Positions 20,475-30,670 are shown, counted from the stretch's first letter. The stretch is DNA of 64,000 nucleotides from Silicimonas sp. (GCA_022824525.1 JAJDZT010000052.1:18047-82046), one strand, 5' to 3'. Notes: generated from the sequence alone by a model not told the origin. A program made the numbers and translations.

Positions 20475-20691
20475 AAATCGTTTCGATAGAAACGAGCAAC
20501 ATCCGAGCAACGTGCTGGGCGACGGTCTTTTCGCAGAAACGATGAGAGCTTCAACAGTTCTGGTTTGATCCTGCCGACCGCTCCATTCACTCAATCGAAG
20601 TCAGCCATCTAATGGTCCCCTGAGTTGCGAAGCGCTTTTGTCGCGGCGCGTGCCGCGGTATAGGTAATCAAAACACAGGGCAGTCACCCAA

Positions 20692-22020
20692 ATGCGGCTT
20701 CAATCCAGCCTCGCGCTGTTTTCGGGTCCGGTTGCGCGCGGAGCAACCATCAGCTTTGCCATTCGGCTTGCCAGTATCGGCCTTGTCACGGTTCAAGCGA
20801 TCCTGACCGCTCGTCTTCTTGGGGCAGGTGGCTACGGCGAGGTTGCGTTTATGCTCTCGCTGACCACGCTTTTCTCGGCAGCAGCGCTTTTGGGGACCGA
20901 GCCGCTTGCCACGCGCGAAGTCGCTCGCCTGCAAGCGCTGGACGATCCATCTGCATTGAAAGGCTTCCTCAAGACAATCCGGTGGCTTGTGGTCGGGGCC
21001 GCGCTTCTGGGTGCGCTGGTCTGGCTTTGGGCCGCAACAACCGTTTTCGCGAACATGGGTTCGGCCAGTCTGGCTGTCTTCGTGGCACTGATCTTTCCCT
21101 TGATGGCGATCACGCTTCAGACCCAAGGTGTCCTGCGCGGCTACGGTGATGTCATAGGTGCGCAGGTGCCGCTTCAGATACTGCGACCGCTTTTTGTCGT
21201 GGGCTTTCTGATCCTTGCGTGGAGTCTCTCATGGGACATCGCGCCGAGCCACTACCTGATTGCGGTGGTCGTCGGATGTGTCCTCGCTCTGATTTTGGGC
21301 CTGCTTTTGCTGAGGCAACGCACGGAACGCCTTCGGGATACGCAAGCCCCTTCCGCCCCCATGGGTCCACTCGCGAAAGCCGCAGCCCCCTTTTTTGCGA
21401 TTTCGGTGATCGGTCTGCTCGGGGCCGAGATCAACACGATCCTGTTGGCCCTTTGGACGACGCCGGAGCAAACCGGATTGTTCCAGCCCATCGCCCGGAT
21501 CACGCCGCTCCTGCTTCTGGCGATGCAGGCGATTTCCGTCCGGTACGGTCCGCGTATCTCGGAGTTGCGCGCCGCCGGAGAAAGCGCACGTCTTGCGCGG
21601 GTCACGCGACAGGTCACGGTGTCGACCACCGGGTTTACGCTGGTAGCTGCCGTCCTGCTCCTTGGTTTCGCGCAGCCCATCCTCGGTTTGTTCGGCCCGG
21701 AGTTCGTGGTTGTCGCTCCCGCTCTATGGTGGATTGCAGGAGCGCAGTTGTTCAATGCGGCCTGCGGCCCGGTCGGGCTGTTGCTTTCGATGTCCGGTCA
21801 GGCCACGCGGACCGTGCTGCCGCAACTCTTTGGTCTGCTCGTGAACATTCTCGTCGGAGCCTGGCTGATCCCCGCCATGGGAGCCGAAGGCGCTGCCATT
21901 GCGATGGCGGCGGGTATCGTAAGTTGGAACCTCGCGATGCTGATCAGCGTGCGGCGGCATATGGGAGAGGACCCGTCGCTTCTGGGCCTCTGGCGCGGAC
22001 GGCGTGCTACTTCCGACTGA
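20692..22020 (+). CDS. polysaccharide flippase (Wzx-like, MOP superfamily)
   Basis: 442 aa, about 12 or more hydrophobic helices, an architecture typical of polysaccharide biosynthesis/export proteins. First gene of the glycan locus. Confidence 0.78.
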   Translation: MRLQSSLALFSGPVARGATISFAIRLASIGLVTVQAILTARLLGAGGYGEVAFMLSLTTLFSAAALLGTEPLATREVARLQALDDPSALKGFLKTIRWLVVGAALLGALVWLWAATTVFANMGSASLAVFVALIFPLMAITLQTQGVLRGYGDVIGAQVPLQILRPLFVVGFLILAWSLSWDIAPSHYLIAVVVGCVLALILGLLLLRQRTERLRDTQAPSAPMGPLAKAAAPFFAISVIGLLGAEINTILLALWTTPEQTGLFQPIARITPLLLLAMQAISVRYGPRISELRAAGESARLARVTRQVTVSTTGFTLVAAVLLLGFAQPILGLFGPEFVVVAPALWWIAGAQLFNAACGPVGLLLSMSGQATRTVLPQLFGLLVNILVGAWLIPAMGAEGAAIAMAAGIVSWNLAMLISVRRHMGEDPSLLGLWRGRRATSD

Positions 22021-22828
22021 GCCGCGCGGCCAACCATCCAAGCGCGTAGGGTGGCAGAACGAGCGGTAGGGACAGCCAGTCTGCGGCGTTCGGACGGCGT
22101 GAAGGGTTGGGCTGGCCACCGGCGTTGCCGCGACCGTAGCCCGCATAGTAAAGCCGCTTCAGGATCCAGCTCGTGCGCAGTCGCTCCGGTTGGATGACGT
22201 GTTCAACGACCGCATCGCCGACATAGAGAATTTTGCCGCCTAGTGCCGAAACACGTTGGCAGAGATCGCTTTCCTCACCGCCAAACAACCGGCCGTCGCG
22301 CCGCCCGAGGTACTCGTCAAAACGCATCTCCTCGGGAAACTTCGTTCGATCTAGGCCGAAGCCGGCGCCGACCACCCGCGCCACTTCAAGGGTCTCTTCG
22401 CCGAGGTCGTAGAGCGAGTATTGGTCGCGGACCACGTTTGCGCGTGCAAGAAGGGGCGGGGTTCCGTTCCAGCATGGCAAGATCCGGCTGCCCACAACGG
22501 CAACCTTCGGGTCGAGCAGTGCGCGATGCATGGCGGCGGCCCATCCCGGATGCGCCAGCGCATCTGCATCGCAAAACAGGATGTGATCGTGGCGGCTCTC
22601 CTCGATCGAGAGGTTCCGGGCAGCCGAGAGACCCGGCAGGCGTTTTTTGACTGTCCGGCAAGTCCAATCCGCATTGCTCAAGGCCTCCGGGTCGATTGAA
22701 CTGTCTTCCTTTTGTTCGATCAGGAGGATTTCGCCGGTGACCCCCGTCTGCCGCGAAAGATGCGCAAGAACGTCCTGCAAGAGTGCGTCGGGCTCATGAA
22801 GCCGCGTCAGGGTCAGCGTGACCTGCAT
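22007..22828 (-). CDS. glycosyltransferase family 2
   Basis: GT2-like DxD region (ILFCDADALAH) and a Rossmann-like N-terminus. 273 aa. Confidence 0.8.
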   Translation of the reverse strand: MQVTLTLTRLHEPDALLQDVLAHLSRQTGVTGEILLIEQKEDSSIDPEALSNADWTCRTVKKRLPGLSAARNLSIEESRHDHILFCDADALAHPGWAAAMHRALLDPKVAVVGSRILPCWNGTPPLLARANVVRDQYSLYDLGEETLEVARVVGAGFGLDRTKFPEEMRFDEYLGRRDGRLFGGEESDLCQRVSALGGKILYVGDAVVEHVIQPERLRTSWILKRLYYAGYGRGNAGGQPNPSRRPNAADWLSLPLVLPPYALGWLAARLSRK

Positions 22829-23162
22829 CGCTTTACCAGTTCCTTAACATTTTTAGGTACTTAGCCTGCTCAACTGCCTTGTGCTCTTCGCTCTGTTTCG
22901 CCCGCTATGTACGTCGGTTCTGGTCGGTTTGGAACACGGTCGAATGCCTTGTTACTGCCCTATTGTTACCCACTTCAGACGCGAAACTATCCCGGAATTT
23001 AGGGTGCATTGTCCATGAAACCGATCACACAGGTTCTGTCCTACACCGAAGAGTGGGCACTTGCCGAGACTGTTGTCGGCGGGACGAGAAAAGTTTCGCT
23101 GTGTTCTGCGCGCGCAACTCGGCGCAATCGGATCGCTGTCTGAGCATATGTCTGGTCTTTCA

Positions 23163-25049
23163 ATGAACCCTCAGCGATGGGCTTTGGTCCTCGCCTGTGC
23201 GTTTCCGGTTCTGGGCGCATTTCTGGTTTCGTCGGGCGTCTTCACCATCGACGAGTTGATCTACTTGATTTCGGCCGATGCGCTGGCGCGCAATGGCTCG
23301 CTGATCGTCGACAACGGATATGCTGAATTCGGCTCGCGGGACCTGAAGCTCTGGTTCCTGATCGAAGGGCCGAACGGCCTGACACCGCAATACCCACCCG
23401 GGCAGGCGGCGCTGGCGCTTCCGTTCTTTGTCACGTTAGGCGCGCAGGGCCTCGTCCTTTTGAACAGCCTGGCTGCCGCAGGCAGCGCCGTGCTGACCTG
23501 GGCACTGGCTCGACGGCTCTATCAGGACGCTGCGGTCGCGACCGTGGCGGTCCTCATGCTCACGTTTTGCACCTTTCAACTGGACTACGCGTGGAGCCTC
23601 TGGCCCCATATGACGACCGCGTTCTTCGTGTTGCTCGCCTTCTACCTCGCTGCCGGTGCCATGGAGCATCAGACTACCGGAGCCGTCCTGACTTTCTCGA
23701 TCGGATCGGGTTTGGCCGTGGGCGCGGGCGTCCTCCTGCGGGCCGATGCCGTTCTGGTCCTGCCAATCATTGCGGCCTGTGTCGTCGTCGCGGCACGGCA
23801 TCCGTTTCTGACGACGCTCGGCGGTTTCATGGGGCTGGTTCCGGGCGTTGCCATCGGCGCTTTCGTGAACCTGTTCAAGTTCGGGACGCCAAACATCCTG
23901 TCCTATGGGCGAACCGGCACGGGGGGTGGAACCGACATCACGTCTCACCTCTCGACACTGGTCGTCATTGGCGCAGCGCTTCTGGCGCTGTTCGCCCTCC
24001 GTTTTGTCAAATGGACGCGGCCCCGTCTTCGGATTGGCGCTGTGCTTTTGCTGGCCGGAGCGATTGCGCTGCTCGCAATCCCGGAAACGCGGGACATTCT
24101 GGCGCGGCTCGGTCGTGGGTTCACCGCACTCTTCGTGGACAGCCGTACCATAAACGACACGCGGCTTGGCATTGAGCGGTTGGATGACGGTTCGCTGCTG
24201 TTCTGGGGTGTCGCGAAGAAGGCGATGTTTCAAAGCCTGCCTTGGCTTGCCATCCTGATCGCCCTCATGCTGACACCTTGGCGGAAGGAGCATATCCGCC
24301 CCAATCTCATGCTTCTGTGCTTCGTTACGATCTGGAGCCTGCCCTTCGTGGCCCTCGCCTGGCACGGCGGTTTCAGTTCCAGCATGCGGTATTTTCTGCC
24401 GATGCTGCCCGCGCTGGTCATCCTCGGGAGCGCAACCATCGTCGAGATGGCGGCCCATTCAAAAAGGCCCATTCGGCTAACCCTGGTGGGCATCATGGCC
24501 GGGCTGGCGTTGGGCATCGCGCTCTTTGACAGCGGCAATCTTCAAACGGATGGGTTCACCCAACAAGCGCTGACGCTTTACGTGTTCTCTGCGGCCTTGC
24601 TCGTGATCGCGGTCGTCTCTCTTTTTCGGCGGTTCGCGCCTTCGTTGAACACGGCCGGACTCGTCGCCGCTGGCGTCGGGCTGGGCACGGCGACCTTCGG
24701 CAGCGTGCTGGTCGACGTCTCGTTCTCCCAACAACTCAGGGCACGGTCTGCAGCGGTCAGTACCGTCGCCGAAAGCTTGAAGGGCCCGGTCCTGATCCAT
24801 GGCAGACCAAGCTTCTTCGCCTTCGGTGTTGCACGGCCGGATGTCATCCTCGCGATTGGCGAACGCATCACGGACGAGGCAGATACGGACCTTTTTGTCG
24901 ATGCGATCCGTTCGGGGTATCGCGCCGTCGCGCCGATCCAGACGGCGGAGTTCATCGCCAGCACCACCGATCTGAGCTACGTGGATCTGGATATTTCTCC
25001 TGACCGGCAATGGGTCGAAATCGTCGCCGGGCCGAAAAAGGCTGAGTAG
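23163..25049 (+). CDS. large polytopic membrane protein, GT-C fold (ArnT/PMT-like) glycosyltransferase candidate
   Basis: Start taken at ATG 23163 (MNPQRWALVL...). About 13 TM helices. First-loop acidic motif TIDELIYL resembles the DE/DxD loop of GT39/GT83 enzymes. Soluble C-terminal domain. Confidence 0.65.
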   Translation: MNPQRWALVLACAFPVLGAFLVSSGVFTIDELIYLISADALARNGSLIVDNGYAEFGSRDLKLWFLIEGPNGLTPQYPPGQAALALPFFVTLGAQGLVLLNSLAAAGSAVLTWALARRLYQDAAVATVAVLMLTFCTFQLDYAWSLWPHMTTAFFVLLAFYLAAGAMEHQTTGAVLTFSIGSGLAVGAGVLLRADAVLVLPIIAACVVVAARHPFLTTLGGFMGLVPGVAIGAFVNLFKFGTPNILSYGRTGTGGGTDITSHLSTLVVIGAALLALFALRFVKWTRPRLRIGAVLLLAGAIALLAIPETRDILARLGRGFTALFVDSRTINDTRLGIERLDDGSLLFWGVAKKAMFQSLPWLAILIALMLTPWRKEHIRPNLMLLCFVTIWSLPFVALAWHGGFSSSMRYFLPMLPALVILGSATIVEMAAHSKRPIRLTLVGIMAGLALGIALFDSGNLQTDGFTQQALTLYVFSAALLVIAVVSLFRRFAPSLNTAGLVAAGVGLGTATFGSVLVDVSFSQQLRARSAAVSTVAESLKGPVLIHGRPSFFAFGVARPDVILAIGERITDEADTDLFVDAIRSGYRAVAPIQTAEFIASTTDLSYVDLDISPDRQWVEIVAGPKKAE

Positions 25050-25058
25050 CAAGGGAAG

Positions 25059-26123
25059 ATGCGGGTCCTTTTCGATATTGTCCATCCGGCGGACGTTCTC
25101 TTCTTCAAACGTCCGCTCGACCTGCTGCGCGCCGATGGACATGAGTGTCTCGTGCTGTCGCGCCGGAAGGACATTGCCTGCGATCTGCTCGATGCGTTTG
25201 GTATCCCGCATATACCGGTCTCGTCGGCCGGACGTGGGTTGCTTGGGCTTGGAACGGAGTTGATTGGTCGCGACATCGCGGTGTTCCGGCAGGCGCGCCG
25301 ATTCAAACCGGATGTTATGATTGTGTTTGGCGGCGTTGCGATTTCACATGTGGGTTGGCTGACCGGTGTCCCTTCCATCAGTTTCTACGACAGTGACAAT
25401 GCCACCTTGCAGAACCGTCTGACGCGTCCGTTCCTTTCGCGGATGTATGTGCCCGAGGCTTACAGCGGCGCAACGCCGAAAGGGCGAACGGTTCGCTTGA
25501 AAGGCACGAAAGACCTTTCCTACCTGCATCCCTCAGCCTTTGTGCCAGACCGTGAAACGGCAATCTCTGCCGGCCTCGATCCGGAGCGGGACAACTTCTT
25601 CATCCGCATCGTGGCGTGGAACGCCAACCACGACGTGGGAAAGGCGGGCTGGACCGAAACGCTCTTGGACGCAGTCGTGGCGCACCTTGCTGCGCTTGGA
25701 AAGCTACACATCTCAAGCGAAGAACCATTGCCGCCGCGATATCGGGACCATGAATATCGCGGACCCAAAGATGCGGTGCATCACGTCCTCGCGGCTTGTC
25801 GTCTGATGGTCGGAGAAAGCGCGACCATGGCCTGCGAAAGCGGATTGCTGGGCACGCCTGCCATCTATGCAGGCCGCGATTTTCCGGCCTACACGCTCGA
25901 TATGGAACGCGCCGGTTTGATCCGAAATGTCAAAGAGCCGAGCGAGACCATCCTGATCCAGACCATCGATGATTGGTTGGAAGTGCCGATCAGCGAGACC
26001 GTCGCCGCCCGCGACGCCTATGTCGAAAGTTGCCCCGATTGGGCCCTTGAGGTCGTAAAGGCAATACACGATCTCGGAGGGGCCGAAAGCAAGAGAATGC
26101 AAGCGACCGAGGCGATGGAATGA
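25059..26123 (+). CDS. DUF354 family protein (GT-B/epimerase-like fold)
   Basis: N-terminus MRVLFDIVHPADVLFFKRPLDLLRADGHE matches the DUF354 signature as I remember it. 354 aa. Confidence 0.7.
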   Translation: MRVLFDIVHPADVLFFKRPLDLLRADGHECLVLSRRKDIACDLLDAFGIPHIPVSSAGRGLLGLGTELIGRDIAVFRQARRFKPDVMIVFGGVAISHVGWLTGVPSISFYDSDNATLQNRLTRPFLSRMYVPEAYSGATPKGRTVRLKGTKDLSYLHPSAFVPDRETAISAGLDPERDNFFIRIVAWNANHDVGKAGWTETLLDAVVAHLAALGKLHISSEEPLPPRYRDHEYRGPKDAVHHVLAACRLMVGESATMACESGLLGTPAIYAGRDFPAYTLDMERAGLIRNVKEPSETILIQTIDDWLEVPISETVAARDAYVESCPDWALEVVKAIHDLGGAESKRMQATEAME

Positions 26124-27019
26124 CCCGCCATCGCTATCCGAACCTGTTTCTCGCGGGCGCTCCAAAATGCGGCACCACTTCGCTGGCCTTCTACCTCGGG
26201 CAGCATCCGAACGTGTTTGCGCCGCTCTTCAAAGAACCCGTATTCTTCGGTTCCGATCTGACCGGGAAATCCCGCATCAAGGAAGACGGTTATCTGCAGT
26301 TGTTCGACGCGTGGAGCGACGAAAAATACGCGATCGACGCCTCAACGCACTACAGTTACTCCGCTTGTGCGGCAGAGGAGATCGTCAAGTCATCTCCAAA
26401 CGCGCAGATCATCATCATGGTCCGCAATCCAATCGAAGCCGCGCATTCGATGTACCATCAACTTCGTTTCAACGGGTCAGAACCGCTCACGACATTCGAA
26501 GCCTCGCTTGCTGCGGAAGCGGAGCGTGCCGCGGACCCCGCGCCTCTGAAGGGCGGGTACCGGGAAAGCCGCCTTTATCGTCGTGTCTTTGCGTTCTCGG
26601 AGAATATCCCGCGGTTCGAAAAGGTTTTCGGCAGCGACAACGTGCAAGTGCTTTTCCTCGAAGACCTGAAGTCCGATGCCTTGGGGGTCGTAAAGACACT
26701 TTGTGCACAACTCGGTTTGGAACAGGCACCGGTCGACGATTTTTCGTTCGATGTTCGAAACACGGCGAAACGGTCGCGCACGCGTCTGATCCACAGGTTG
26801 GCCATCTCGCCGCCTGAGTGGTTGCGCCCGGCGACAAGGCCTTTTCCCAAGTCCCTGCGCCTCAAACTCCGGAACATGTTGGCCGAGCTGAACACAGCGC
26901 CCGCCACGAACCCGCCGCTCCGGGAAGATACGCGTGCCTTTCTTTCCAAGGAATTCGCCGGGGAGATTGACTGGCTTGAAGACCGGTTCCAACGCGATCT
27001 CAGTCACTGGCGCGCTTGA
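26120..27019 (+). CDS. PAPS-dependent sulfotransferase
   Basis: 5'-PSB loop LAGAPKCGTTSL and 3'-PB region IIIMVRNPIEAAHSMY. 4-nt overlap with the upstream gene. Confidence 0.85.
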   Translation: MTRHRYPNLFLAGAPKCGTTSLAFYLGQHPNVFAPLFKEPVFFGSDLTGKSRIKEDGYLQLFDAWSDEKYAIDASTHYSYSACAAEEIVKSSPNAQIIIMVRNPIEAAHSMYHQLRFNGSEPLTTFEASLAAEAERAADPAPLKGGYRESRLYRRVFAFSENIPRFEKVFGSDNVQVLFLEDLKSDALGVVKTLCAQLGLEQAPVDDFSFDVRNTAKRSRTRLIHRLAISPPEWLRPATRPFPKSLRLKLRNMLAELNTAPATNPPLREDTRAFLSKEFAGEIDWLEDRFQRDLSHWRA

Positions 27020-27028
27020 ACCCAAGCC

Positions 27029-27934
27029 TCACTTCGTACCGGACACCCACGTTTGAAGGCGACCCAGCCGTGTTCCGATTTTGAACAACTGCTTCATCGC
27101 ATGGGTTCTCTGTCCAAGGAGCATCAGCAAAGGGACAACCAGCCCGTAAGCCGCCATTGCTGGCACTGTCAGCAGTTTGTCGAGCAGACTGAAGGTGCCG
27201 AACGTGGCATTTGAGCGTCCGATTCGCATCTGCCTCTTGAACAAAGAGGACACCCGTACTTCCTCCGCTTGAAGGATATGTTCCACGCGTGCTTCCGGCA
27301 CGAACAAGATGTCGGTTGCGTCTTGAGCGATTGCAGTGACGAACCGGGTATCCTCCCCGCCAACAGCGGCTGCTGTCCCGTCGAAACTTCCCATTTCGGA
27401 ATCGAACCGCGTCGCGCCGAGTGCCGCTCGACGGACCATGACGTTGCCGCCTTTGACGTCGATGGCCGGGTAGGGGCCGGGCGCGCGGTCGAGCGCTGTG
27501 CAACCGCAGACCCGGCCTTCATCCGTCATTCGTTGGAGCCAGGCCGGGACCGGGTCGGGCCAACCGGGTCGGATTTGTCCTGCAAACACCTTCGCATCGG
27601 GATTTGTGCGACTGGCTTCCCAATATGCAATCAGCCAGCCCTCATCCGGAACGACGTCGTCATCGATGAAAACCAAAAGCTCGCCCGTGGCTGCCTCGAT
27701 TGCCGTGTTGAGGGCGTGGGATTTGCCACGCCGGGGTTCGCTCAGCAGGGTCCACCCGTCTGCATTTGCCCGATCCGCCATGATTTCGGGCGTCGCGTCG
27801 TCACTTGCATTGTCGATCAGAAGCACTTCGACGCTGACATCGGGCAAGCGCAGGTTTGCGAGCGCGTCGAGCGTTCTTTCAAGCGTGTCGCTACCGTTGT
27901 GCGCGGGCAATATGATCGAGATTTCGGCCTGCAT
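27029..27934 (-). CDS. glycosyltransferase family 2
   Basis: ISIILPAHNGSDTLERTLDAL ... LLIDNASDD ... FIDDDV motifs. Confidence 0.85.
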   Translation of the reverse strand: MQAEISIILPAHNGSDTLERTLDALANLRLPDVSVEVLLIDNASDDATPEIMADRANADGWTLLSEPRRGKSHALNTAIEAATGELLVFIDDDVVPDEGWLIAYWEASRTNPDAKVFAGQIRPGWPDPVPAWLQRMTDEGRVCGCTALDRAPGPYPAIDVKGGNVMVRRAALGATRFDSEMGSFDGTAAAVGGEDTRFVTAIAQDATDILFVPEARVEHILQAEEVRVSSLFKRQMRIGRSNATFGTFSLLDKLLTVPAMAAYGLVVPLLMLLGQRTHAMKQLFKIGTRLGRLQTWVSGTK

Positions 27935-28041
27935 ATGGTTCTTTTGCGCTGGAACGCCCGGATTTTGGACCCTACGAATACATCATTGCGGGCCTTCCGC
28001 AATTTCTTTGGCCATGCGCCGCACAAACCACGTCAGGGAAC

Positions 28042-29073
28042 GTGATGTCATCACCGCGTCTTTCTGTCGTCATGGCAGTCCGCAATGGCGAAACCTACCT
28101 TCCAGAAACCCTGAAAAGCGTTCTTGGCCAGAGCTTGGCGGATTTCGAGTTTCTGATCGTTGACGATGCGTCGACGGATCAGACGGGGGATATCCTGAAC
28201 AAGACCGCGGCGTCGGATGAGCGCGTGCGCGTCTTGAGGAACGAAGCGGCGATGGGGCCATATCCGGCGGCGAACCGAGCGCTGACCGAGGCGGGTGCGC
28301 CGTTGATTGCCCGCATTGACGCCGATGATCTGTGCCATGAAGAACGGTTCGCGCGGCAAGTTGCTTTTCTGGACGAAAACCCGGAGCATCTTTTGGTCGG
28401 ATGCGGATATCGCTCCATCGATGGCACGGGCAGGGTGCGCTACACCAAACCCAATCGCTTGAGCGATGCCGAATTCCGGTGGATTTCCCGGTTCCGAATG
28501 CCTGCCGTGCATCCCAGTTTCTGCTTTCGCGCGTCCTATCCCGACGGCGCGCCCGTGCGCTACCGCGAAGCTTACCCGGTGGCGCAGGATTATGCTCTGG
28601 CTTGCGATCTGCTGGCGCATGGCAAGGCTGCGTCTCTGGAAGACATGCTGATCGACTATCGGATGCATGAGGCGAACATCTCGACCACCCGACGGACCGA
28701 ACAGAATACGGCCGCCATTGAAATTGCGCTCCGCCATCTTGAGGCGAGCGGCACTCAGGGGGACGCAGAGAAGTTCGAGCCCTTCATTCGCACTCTTTAT
28801 GCGGAACGGCTCCCGGACAAGGCTGGGTTCCAAGCTTCGGTCCGCGCGTTTCGGGACGATCTCATCTCGGAAGACGCAACCGCTCTCCGCCGATGGAAGA
28901 AGCGCCGCGCGGCCGGCATGCTGGCCGAAGCGTTCCTGAAAGGTCAGCCGCGCGCCGCGCAGATCAGTTCGGCTCTCGGGTTTGTTTTGACGGCGCCGGA
29001 TTTCCTTTTGCCACTCACGGCGCGCATTCTTGAAACGAAGAACGTTCAGTCGGAGGTGTCCACCTCCGACTGA
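28042..29073 (+). CDS. glycosyltransferase family 2
   Basis: LSVVMAVRNGETYLPETLKSVLGQS ... FLIVDDASTDQT ... ARIDADD motifs. Confidence 0.85.
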   Translation: MMSSPRLSVVMAVRNGETYLPETLKSVLGQSLADFEFLIVDDASTDQTGDILNKTAASDERVRVLRNEAAMGPYPAANRALTEAGAPLIARIDADDLCHEERFARQVAFLDENPEHLLVGCGYRSIDGTGRVRYTKPNRLSDAEFRWISRFRMPAVHPSFCFRASYPDGAPVRYREAYPVAQDYALACDLLAHGKAASLEDMLIDYRMHEANISTTRRTEQNTAAIEIALRHLEASGTQGDAEKFEPFIRTLYAERLPDKAGFQASVRAFRDDLISEDATALRRWKKRRAAGMLAEAFLKGQPRAAQISSALGFVLTAPDFLLPLTARILETKNVQSEVSTSD

Positions 29074-29098
29074 ACGTTTCGCGCCTTTCGTGTGCAGG

Positions 29099-29308
29099 TC
29101 AGGCGGCCACTTCTTCCTGTTTTTCGGTCGCGGGTTTTTGTGCGAGGGCAAGAAAAGGCGCGGCAAGAAGGGACAGTCCGATTGCAACAAGCCCGAACAT
29201 GGCCAGCAGCATGAAGACCGAAAGCCCGATGCCCGCCATGACGCAGCCCACGAGGAAAAGAACTGCGCCCGCTGCCCCGGCGATGATCTTGTTCAGGAAG
29301 TCTTGCAT
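29099..29308 (-). CDS. small two-helix membrane protein (69 aa)
   Basis: Two hydrophobic helices (GAAGAVLFLVGCVMAGIGLSVFMLLAMFGLVAIGLSLLAAPFLAL). GGAG lies 8 nt upstream of the ATG. Confidence 0.5.
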   Translation of the reverse strand: MQDFLNKIIAGAAGAVLFLVGCVMAGIGLSVFMLLAMFGLVAIGLSLLAAPFLALAQKPATEKQEEVAA

Positions 29309-29386
29309 GTCGTTTTCTCCAGTTTCATTCGTTGTTCCGATGAAACTGATATGAGGCTCCGGTTTTAAACGCGCCTGATCCGAACC

Positions 29387-30670
29387 TTACAAATCTGCAA
29401 ACTTCAGCATCACGGATAGACCCTGTGGTGCATGCGGTGTGAGGGCCAGCTCGGCTCCGTGGCGGTCCGCAACGGCCCGCACAAGCGCGAGCCCTAGACC
29501 CGAGCCCTCACTCTTTCGCGCCGCATCGAGCCGCACCATGGGTTTCACGATTTCAGAATACTCCGCCGGGTCCACGCCTTCCCCGTTGTCGATCACGCCC
29601 ATGCTGAGACCCTCCACCGCGAAAGTGATTTCGGGGCCGCCGTGCCGCACGGCATTCTGGATCAGGTTCGCCATTGCCTGCACCAGCATTTGCCGGTCCG
29701 CATGGACTGTCGCGGGGCGAATGATGTCTAAGGTCACCGTTTTGCCAGCGTCCTCGATGACCGGGCCAAATGTCTCGGCGAGGTCTTCGACCAGCGCGCC
29801 GAGATCGACATCCTCGAAGCCGTCCGTCCCTTGAGCCGCTTCGATCCGCGCGACCCGCATGATCGTGTCGAAGATACCAGACAAGCGCTCCGCTTCTTCG
29901 AGCGCCGCGCTGCGCCCGTCTCCTTCCGGCAGGCTTTCCAGTTGAGACCGCAACCGCGCAAGCGGGGTGCGCAGATCGTGTGCAAGGCTTGCGCTGAGAT
30001 GTCGGGTCTGCGCCACCAGTCGCTCAAGCTCGCCTGCGGTCACGTCAACCTGGCGCGCCATATCATCCAGATCGTCCTTGTTGCGCGTGATGCCGGTCCG
30101 CGCGGTCAGATCACCCGACGCAAGATCGTCCAGCGTGCCATTGATGCGTTTCAATCTGCGTTGGGCGAATATCCCCGTCGCCAACCCGACTGCGAGTGCG
30201 GCCGCGATGACAGAGACCACGGTGATCCAGAGAATCCGGGCCAACAGCTCCAGCGCATCCTCGCCGTCGTCGAGCGGGACGGCGGCGACGATGGGTGCCC
30301 CGTTTCGATCGGTCGTTACAAGAACGCGCCAGGTTTCGGACTGCCGGAAATCCCGGTCGAGCTCGACCGTGCCGCCGCCACGCTCCGCGATGCGCTCGAA
30401 GGGCCTTGGCAAGTCGTCGAGATCTCCCGGAGTTCTGAGGATGACGCCAAAAGTGTCGCCCCGCGCCGCTCCAAGGGATGTGGTGCTTGCAACGGCAGCC
30501 AAGGTTGCATCCACGCGCCGCTCGAACGCGTTCGATCCCAGTGCAAGCGCAACAAAAACGGCGACCGCCATGCCAAGTGCAAAGATCGCCGAGAGCACAA
30601 GTGCCAGGCGCAAGGTCGAAGACCGTCGAAGCCACAAGAGACGTTCGCTGAAGCTACCGGCCAAAAACAT
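29387..30670 (-). CDS. sensor histidine kinase (two TM helices, HAMP, HisKA, HATPase_c)
   Basis: H-box LSASLAHDLRTPLARL, N-box LIQNAVRHG, G-boxes DNGEGVD and GSGLGLALV. Confidence 0.9.
   Translation of the reverse strand: MFLAGSFSERLLWLRRSSTLRLALVLSAIFALGMAVAVFVALALGSNAFERRVDATLAAVASTTSLGAARGDTFGVILRTPGDLDDLPRPFERIAERGGGTVELDRDFRQSETWRVLVTTDRNGAPIVAAVPLDDGEDALELLARILWITVVSVIAAALAVGLATGIFAQRRLKRINGTLDDLASGDLTARTGITRNKDDLDDMARQVDVTAGELERLVAQTRHLSASLAHDLRTPLARLRSQLESLPEGDGRSAALEEAERLSGIFDTIMRVARIEAAQGTDGFEDVDLGALVEDLAETFGPVIEDAGKTVTLDIIRPATVHADRQMLVQAMANLIQNAVRHGGPEITFAVEGLSMGVIDNGEGVDPAEYSEIVKPMVRLDAARKSEGSGLGLALVRAVADRHGAELALTPHAPQGLSVMLKFADL

Noticed and set aside
22879-23166. 95-aa Cys-rich ORF in the GT2 / GT-C divergent intergenic region.
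   Set aside because: The composition is odd (many Cys/Arg), there is no RBS, and it lies in an AT-richer promoter-like region. It is probably non-coding.
20388-29386. Classical tRNA-integrated genomic island carrying the glycan locus.
   Set aside because: There is no integrase, no transposase and no direct repeat of the tRNA 3' end that I could find at the far boundary. Overall composition is similar to the flanks. It is treated as a chromosomal glycan locus that may still vary between strains.
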